From NCBI GenBank assembly GCA_964035545.1, contig OZ037767.1, positions 18,816,259 through 18,880,258 of the forward strand: a stretch of 64,000 nt of DNA. Reading direction: 5' to 3'. The first letter of the stretch is position 1. Each line of letters starts with the position of its first letter. The notes under the pieces are model-generated. The model saw nothing but the letters and a program-made list of their open reading frames with translations. It was not told the DNA's origin and made no database searches. The translations under genes were made by a program, and so were the position numbers. Shown piece after piece: positions 57,601 through 64,000 of this stretch. This DNA is from Bugula neritina. Its lineage: Eukaryota > Animalia > Bryozoa.

Positions 57601-57905
57601 CTAAAACTAGCGACACCAAACCTCAGTCACTTCACCGAAAGAGTGGAAAATCAAAACCTAAAAGTACAACTGAGCCTTCCAACCTCACTAAACACAATAC
57701 CTCAACTGAATCTCTAAAAGAAAGAACAAAATACCCACAGAAGAAGTTGTCACGTGAAAAGAAAATACAATCAGAATCTTGTGGCAGTAGATTAGCCAAT
57801 CACAGTAGTAGCAGCAGTAGTAGTAGCATCCCCATTGATGGCAGAGCCGCAGGTTTCACTTCACTCCATGGAGACCAAAACAATAACAGAAGAAAGAAAG
57901 AGTGA
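42649..57905 (+). CDS. TRIM (RING-B1-B2-coiled coil) E3-ligase-like protein with a very long S/T/Q-rich C-terminal region; ~20 exons
   Basis: RING LLCKICSKDFDRPKTLPCMHTFCYNCL (42649-42793)...ITCPVC (44545-44742); B-box1 CQIC...CLECNKQLCKRCVAQH; B-box2 CHEH...FICKTCAKCICVFCTHTTHTGH (45399-46288); coiled coil to ~47583; 1.66-kb exon 48873-50535. Further in-phase exons start near 51078, 52751, 53215, 53879, 54376, 55221, 55736, 56163, 56730, 57277; last exon 57556-57905 (TGA). No NHL, filamin or SPRY domain recognised. Confidence 0.85.
44811..44925. repeat. 14-bp minisatellite (CAGGAAGTGTGTGA) x~8, intronic
   Basis: Read directly. Confidence 0.95.
46642..47040. repeat. AT-rich low-complexity (TAT/TAC) tract immediately after a donor
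   Basis: Read directly; source of the Y/I-rich tail of ORF 46541-46828. Confidence 0.85.
55932..56004 (-). mobile_element. tRNA-derived (Ala-CGC-like) SINE head or tRNA pseudogene
   Basis: Minus strand TCCCTGTGGTGTAATGGTTAGCGCCTGCAGCTCGCAAGCC...GTTTGAATCCCAGTAGGGGCAA: A box, anticodon-like loop, degenerate B box. Stems are imperfect, so not called a functional tRNA. Confidence 0.6.
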
Positions 57906-58526
57906 TGTCAATCAAGCAAGCAACCTGCGAAGGAGATACATTTTAAAATGGTGTTACTTCAATATCCACAAAGTCTATAGATGTTAGCAGGTGCTTTATT
58001 ATCATAAGTTAAGATAAATGATGTCGACATAGCTTTGGGCAAGCAACTCCCAATACAACCATGGCTGTGTGTGGTGACTGTAGACTAGTACACATGACTC
58101 TTGCAGAATATGATGCTAGTATATATAATAATTTATTTGTTCCTTATTTTCATATTACATAAAAATATTTTTTGCAAATAATTTAACCAATAAAATCTCC
58201 ATCTATTTCATATCACATGCAGAGAGATGTTTGACAACGAAGTAAGCAGCACCTGAAATAATCTGTAAGAAACTAATAAGTTTTAAAGTTTTCTGATATG
58301 TGGGGGACTTTTGATACAAATCTCAAGACTTGTTCAATTTAATGACTTTCATACAAACTTTTCTCTAATGCATGTAATATTTCTTAGAGTCAATTTAGCC
58401 ATATTGAAAAGCCAGGGGTGTGCAACTCCCAAATACCAAGTGACAATCTGTAGGCTGAGCTGCATGTACTGTGGTCTCCTGTGTGTCGGCAGTTGTTGAT
58501 GTAAAGAGAAGGTATCGGCTGCTGAC

Positions 58527-61203
58527 TCAATCGCTGTCGGTGAAGGTTCCTTCCGAGTCACTAGAGTCGTCACCTCCTGCTGACTCATTCCCAGGAGGCG
58601 CTGGAGCATCTGGTGTGTCCAGCAGGTCCGGATTCAAACCTTCAGACGCCATTTTCATCTTGATAGCTGGCGGCGGAACACCCTTACAACAAATAAGTGA
58701 CAACTTTATTCACAGTCTACTAGACAGGAAATTACTAGAAACAAGTTAAGTTACAAATAAAAACTAATACCACACTTTGGATCATCTAAAGAATATAGAA
58801 TATAATACTATAGACTGGGTTTAGTGTTCATGTGACTGTAACAACTATGTAAAAAGAATTAAAAGCAATATGCATCATCGATTAAATATCAATTGGCTAA
58901 CAAAACTGTAAATTTATAACTAATTAGCGCTTGAAACAATAAATAAATCTCAACAAGAAGCTTAGTTTAGAATGATAATATCCCTTTTTATAACATTAAT
59001 TCAAATATAAAGTCTAGAGTTTGAGCTCTCCTCCTGATACCAGAGACTAAGTCTGTAAGTAACTAAAATATTTTCTACACATGCAGCCCTTAGGGTATGT
59101 GGATGGGAAAACCAGTGTGCAGTTAGAAGTAGTTGAGACACGGACACATTGTTTGCTCACTACACTTTGGTGAGTAAAATAGTTTCAATCACCTTCCAAC
59201 CACAAATAACCGATGGAGAACTCATATAATCATCAACTCATGTAGACAGCTCAACACACAACGAGTAACTACAGACACTTACAACGTTCACCATCTTGAA
59301 GAATTTCATATATCTGGGATCCTGAGATACTTTTACATAGTTAGGTTCAGCCTGCGCCTAGAACATAGTATTGTATAAAATTAAATAATATAGAAGCCAT
59401 CATTAGTAGCTTGAATATTACTGCTTTCCCTACATATGCATGTACACCTACAACTTTAGTTTATTAATCACTAAAAGCTCATATAAAGTCCATCAGCAGA
59501 TAAAGAATATAAGAAATATAATAATTCAAAATAACAATAATTCTATACAAGATTCATCACATTGATTACACACACAACTCAACAAGTTATCCGAACACAA
59601 GCGAGTAAAACTAGAGAACCAATAAGATGTTTCTTACTGGAGCAGCAGGCTGTTCAGGGGGCTGTGCGGGCTCGCCAGCCGCTGCCGGAGCAGCAGGGAC
59701 GGCAGCAGTGGGTGGTGGAACACTAGGTGCTGATGTGTCGGCATTGGCTAATGGTGCTGCACTCTGATTGGCTGGAGTTGATGAGTCATCTGGCAGCTTG
59801 ATATCATCCATACCCGGTATTGAAGATAACTGTATTTAGAGTTTGAAGCATAATAAGAAGACGATTACCGTAAGAGAATAGAGTATAAAGAAAAAATAAC
59901 TAAACTGAAGTGACAAACTAACTGTTGTAGAAAACTCAACAAAATTAAAATAAACAACTTTTTAGGTATAGAAATTATGATTTTCTATACTCGACCAACA
60001 AGTGTAAAATTGAGAAAATGATGTCAAATTCCAGTTCCGACACCATACAATATTGCTATTGCCTTACTTAAGTGTCAAAATCATTGACTCTTATTGAATC
60101 CATAGGAATACATAAAAAAGGTGTTTAGTTATTCTATTAGGAGAAAATGATTTATCAAAAGTTCCGGATGAATACTTGTAAGACAATACAATACTGATAC
60201 AGTCAAGTGCTTTAACAAAACACAAACTGATCAGTCAATAACTTGACAGGAAATGATATCTGCAGACGTCACCTTGGCTTCTATGATGTTCAAGGTCACT
60301 TCCATGCGGTAGAGCTGTGACTCCACTTTAGCAATCTTCTCCTCACAAACACCAGAGAAATGGTTCAAAAACTGGACTGTGTGAGACACATAGTGGTTGA
60401 TGAAAGCTAGCAGACGTTTCTGGTCTAATGGTTTCACCTGTAATCAGAGAGGTCAAGCAGAAAGGTCAACCAGAGAGGTCAAGCAGAGAGGTCAAGCAGA
60501 AAGGGCAATCAAAGTAGGGTATCGTACTTCACACGCTACTTATATTTGATTGAACAACAATTATTTTAGGTTAAAATTTTTTAGCAGTACCTACTACAAA
60601 ATATTGTCTAAAACTTCAATTGTTTATTTATAATGAGAAATACATTTGACCATCCAGCATTTCGTGGTACGTAGAATCATTCCACACCTGTTTAGTTACA
60701 GAAGGAGATTTTTCTAGCAGTCATGTTTGATAAAATACAGGCGTTGCAGAAGACAATATATTTTGTTTATTGCACTCACAATAATATTTAGAATATCAAA
60801 TAGTCTAAACCATATTGTCTACCAGCTACCCTCTTCATTAATAGAAAGTTAGAGTTTTAATAAATTAACTATAAATATGTGACAGAAGAGGACAGAAGTC
60901 CGCTCCAGATGCATCATGTAAGGGGAGACAACAACTTGCTTTAAAGATTTGTGTTCTCTTGCATTGTAGAATTTTCTTTCTGAAGTAATAAAAAAACTTA
61001 CACATAAATTTACTGGAGACAGAAAAATTTCTCAACAGAGTAATTTTTTTAGAAATGATACATATAACAATACCCCGTGTACAAAATACAGATATATAAA
61101 ATGATTGCCAAATATTTGTATATGCAACACTAGTTATTGTGACAATACTTACGGTTGTATAGTCAATCCCACTTCCCACAATAGGCAGTCCATCACGATC
61201 CAT
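58527..61203 (-). CDS. WASHC3: WASH complex subunit 3 (CCDC53)
   Basis: Exons 61203-61153 (MDRDGLPIVGSGIDYTT), 60437-60273 (VKPLDQKRLLAFINHYV...LNIIEAK), 59829-59638 (LSSIPG + Pro/Ala linker), 59357-59283 (VSQDPRYMKFFKMVNV), 58682-58527 (GVPPPAIKMKMASEGLNPDLLDTPD + acidic tail). Canonical CCDC53 motifs throughout. Confidence 0.96.
60443..60508 (-). repeat. 14-bp minisatellite (GCTTGACCTCTCT-type) x~4.5 abutting the WASHC3 exon 2 acceptor
   Basis: Plus strand CAGAGAGGTCAAG-type unit repeated, ending at ...CTGATTACAG|GTG on the minus strand. Confidence 0.85.
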
Positions 61204-64000
61204 CAGGCGTTAGTTTAGAATTGTCAGCGTGTATAGTACTACTGTAAAAAGATACCGTGAATTATGGGTAAAATAATACATACACTGGTCTAAGTGTATT
61301 AGTTGAATCACTTAGGTAACTGAATCATAATATAGAAATCAAAATAAAATGGTTTTAAAATGTTGACCCAACAAATAAAAACACTATTAGATGTTTGGCA
61401 GTCAGCTGCAGGAGGGAGATGGTGCCCTGGTCAGTTGTAGTTATGGTACCAGCAAACCCCTCCACAGCTCCTGTACAAAGTCTAATCTCACTAGTGACTT
61501 CACATTATCAACTTGCCAGCAGGGAGTTGTTAATGTATCAGAACTCTAGGGAGTAGAATACGGTGTCTCTGTAATTACACTAATATGATAGGACATGACA
61601 CTGAGGGTTTAACTAGAACCATCTTTGTATTACCAGGCAATGCCAGATATGAAAATTGTTGATAATTAAAGTAAAAGTAATATATATAACTAACTACTTT
61701 GTGTCAGCAACATACTAAATTCTGTTATAGTCACATCAATAATCATAATCAGGATTTGAACTGTACATATCATAAGATGCAATAGAGCTGCAACAAACAA
61801 AACCTCTCTATTTGTGAAATTGACTGTGATCATGTATTAATGGTGTAGTAATGTGCATTTATTAGTTACAAAGAATTTTGGGAGCTAGAGAGAGATGTGC
61901 AATTGTTTCATTCACTAATGAACACAAAGAGTTTGTTTCCCTATATCATAGCCTTGGGGAAAAAGCTCAATAATAACCATATAGAAGCTTCAAACTGCAG
62001 TAATATATAACTAAAGTTCAGTAAGACAAAACCCATGTGCTTCTAGTAAACTCTCTTATTAATAAAAGAAAGATTTAGATTACAATCAAATAAGTAATCA
62101 TTAACATTCTGATAATCGCATTCAGTAGTCTGAGTGGCAATCATAACCCTAATGAAATATGATTGATAATATTATCCACAAAACAGTAATCATAATGATA
62201 ATGTGTTAAATTCGACTTCCAACCTGAGTCTTAATTTATCACGCTAACTATCAGTGTCAGTACTAGCAGTAGTAGCATAAGTAGCTGTAGAAACGTTATT
62301 CTTCATTATTAATATTGATTTTTTCATTAATACTATTAAATTTAGCATTAATATGACTACGAGTATCAGTTTGAGCATGAAAAATTATCATCATGTGTGG
62401 TGTAGTGAGGCAAAAGGAAATAAAGTGTACAAAAAGCAAACTACATAGTCAAAAGGATGTTGAAAATATAAAGTTAAAAATCAAAATTGCCAAAATATAC
62501 AACACACAGTCTAATTCTTTTGGAAAGCAAGCTGGTGGCTAATTAGCCTGACGCAGGAGAAGCAATTGCATTAAACACAGTAATATGGCGAGGCAATGTT
62601 GATTGTGGCTGGGTGTTTTTTATTCCTTTTTACCAGCAATAGTTCTAGAATTTTTATAAAACGCGTGGTCAAAAGCAAATTCGGTCAAAATACACTTAAT
62701 TGGTTCATAAAAGATTTAAGTTAGCCGTTAATTTTTTTAGCAATAGTGCTTTATGCAACTTTACTTTGATTTTGCATAGTAATATCAGGGACATAGTTCC
62801 ATCAATTTAATTTGAGAATAGTTCACAATGTTGATGGAATTGCTCCAAATTTTTAAATGTGATAATTATAAATAAATAGCTCACAATTCACAACTATACA
62901 GCATGGTAGTCGAAACTACATTTCTGTAAAGGCTTATTTTAGTCGCCATTCTAAGTTATTTATTGTCCACACCCTTGCTTGAAGACTGCTCTGTTTGCAG
63001 CTGATTGTTGACAATATACCTCTTTCTCAAACTGTGTATCAGACAATGTTATGCTTATAACATGCTTAAAACACTGGACTTCCTTTAGCTCTGTATTGTC
63101 AATAGAGACCTACTGTTGGTAATATAATTTACAGGGAGCTGGTTGAAAGATAACTCTAATTTTTCAAACTTACTCAAGACCAGAACTATAGTTATAACTT
63201 AGTATGCATTGTACTTACTTTCACTTTAAGGTTTGATAAATTCAATACTAATACTAGTACTACATTAATAATGATAATCATGCTTAACTTGAAATAAAAA
63301 CTAACACCATTATTCGACTCAATGAAAAAGTAATAAGTATTACAGTATTAGTAGGGCCTATGGGTAAAACTATAAGCATTGCTATGGCTACTGCTGATCT
63401 TATAGTAATCTTATAGTAATAGTAATACTAATAGGATTAAAAGCTGAAATTCCATATAGTTTTACTTAGTCTTATACTACTAATAGACGAACACTTACAT
63501 AATTCTAGTTTATACTCAGTCATTGTCATACTTAATGGCCATTTAATTTTATTCAATTTGACATTTAGTGATTTATTTGCATTATCAAATTCAATCTGAA
63601 ATTGAATATCAGTATATCAAAATCAACATGCATATCATATTATTATTACTATTGAATTTGATATTATAACTATTCTCATAGTGATAGTCATACTAATACT
63701 CAGTCTCTTAGACGTGATGTTAATAGTAATTGATAATCAAAGTGATAGTGATTCTGACTGTCACTGTGACAATCCTACCAATTTTTAGTTTAACAGTGAC
63801 ACTGATAAAGATGGTCATTGTGACAAGTGACAGTGATTGTGAATCAGTGAAACTGAATGTGGTTCACTTTTACTTTCGGACTGTTCATTGTAATACTTTA
63901 CTAAGTCTAATAGTATTACTATTACTATTAGAGTAAATGTAATACTAATAGTAATACTATTAGTATTATTATTAGTAATAGTAATTTACTACTTCTAACA

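Noticed and set aside
58412-58430. CAGGGGTGTGCAAC hAT-like terminus
   Set aside because: No matching second TIR or TSD found.
63730-63936. 68-aa hydrophobic ORF
   Set aside because: By-product of hexamer-periodic DNA (alternating V/T/I); no splice or homology support.

Overview
AT-rich, intron-rich metazoan genomic DNA, probably a lophotrochozoan-type invertebrate (inferred from gene content only). Joining exons by hand at splice junctions with consistent phase gives eight protein-coding loci: (1) a secreted PAN/apple + CTHRC1-C-terminal-domain protein with no collagen helix (-, 456-4384); (2) a small single-CRD TNF-receptor-like type I membrane protein of Grindelwald/TACI style, with a GC-AG intron, a furin site and a TRAF2-type motif (+, 10378-12597); (3) an intronless TPMT (-, 14172-14927); (4) a polypeptide GalNAc-transferase-like protein lacking the catalytic motifs (+, 18820-23345); (5) an orphan basic low-complexity protein (+, ~27.8-33.1 kb); (6) a secreted PAN + fibrinogen-domain protein (+, 34621-38750); (7) a RING/B-box/coiled-coil TRIM with a long array of LC8-type TQT-like motifs (+, 42649-57905); (8) WASHC3/CCDC53 (-, 58527-61203). 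The non-coding DNA holds tRNA-derived SINE-like and MITE remnants, microsatellites, minisatellites whose units copy the adjacent splice junctions, a 160-bp CpG-periodic palindrome, and kb-long drifting-hexamer tracts mostly near gene 5' ends. All family assignments come from recalled motifs, not database searches, and exon coordinates are hand-derived.
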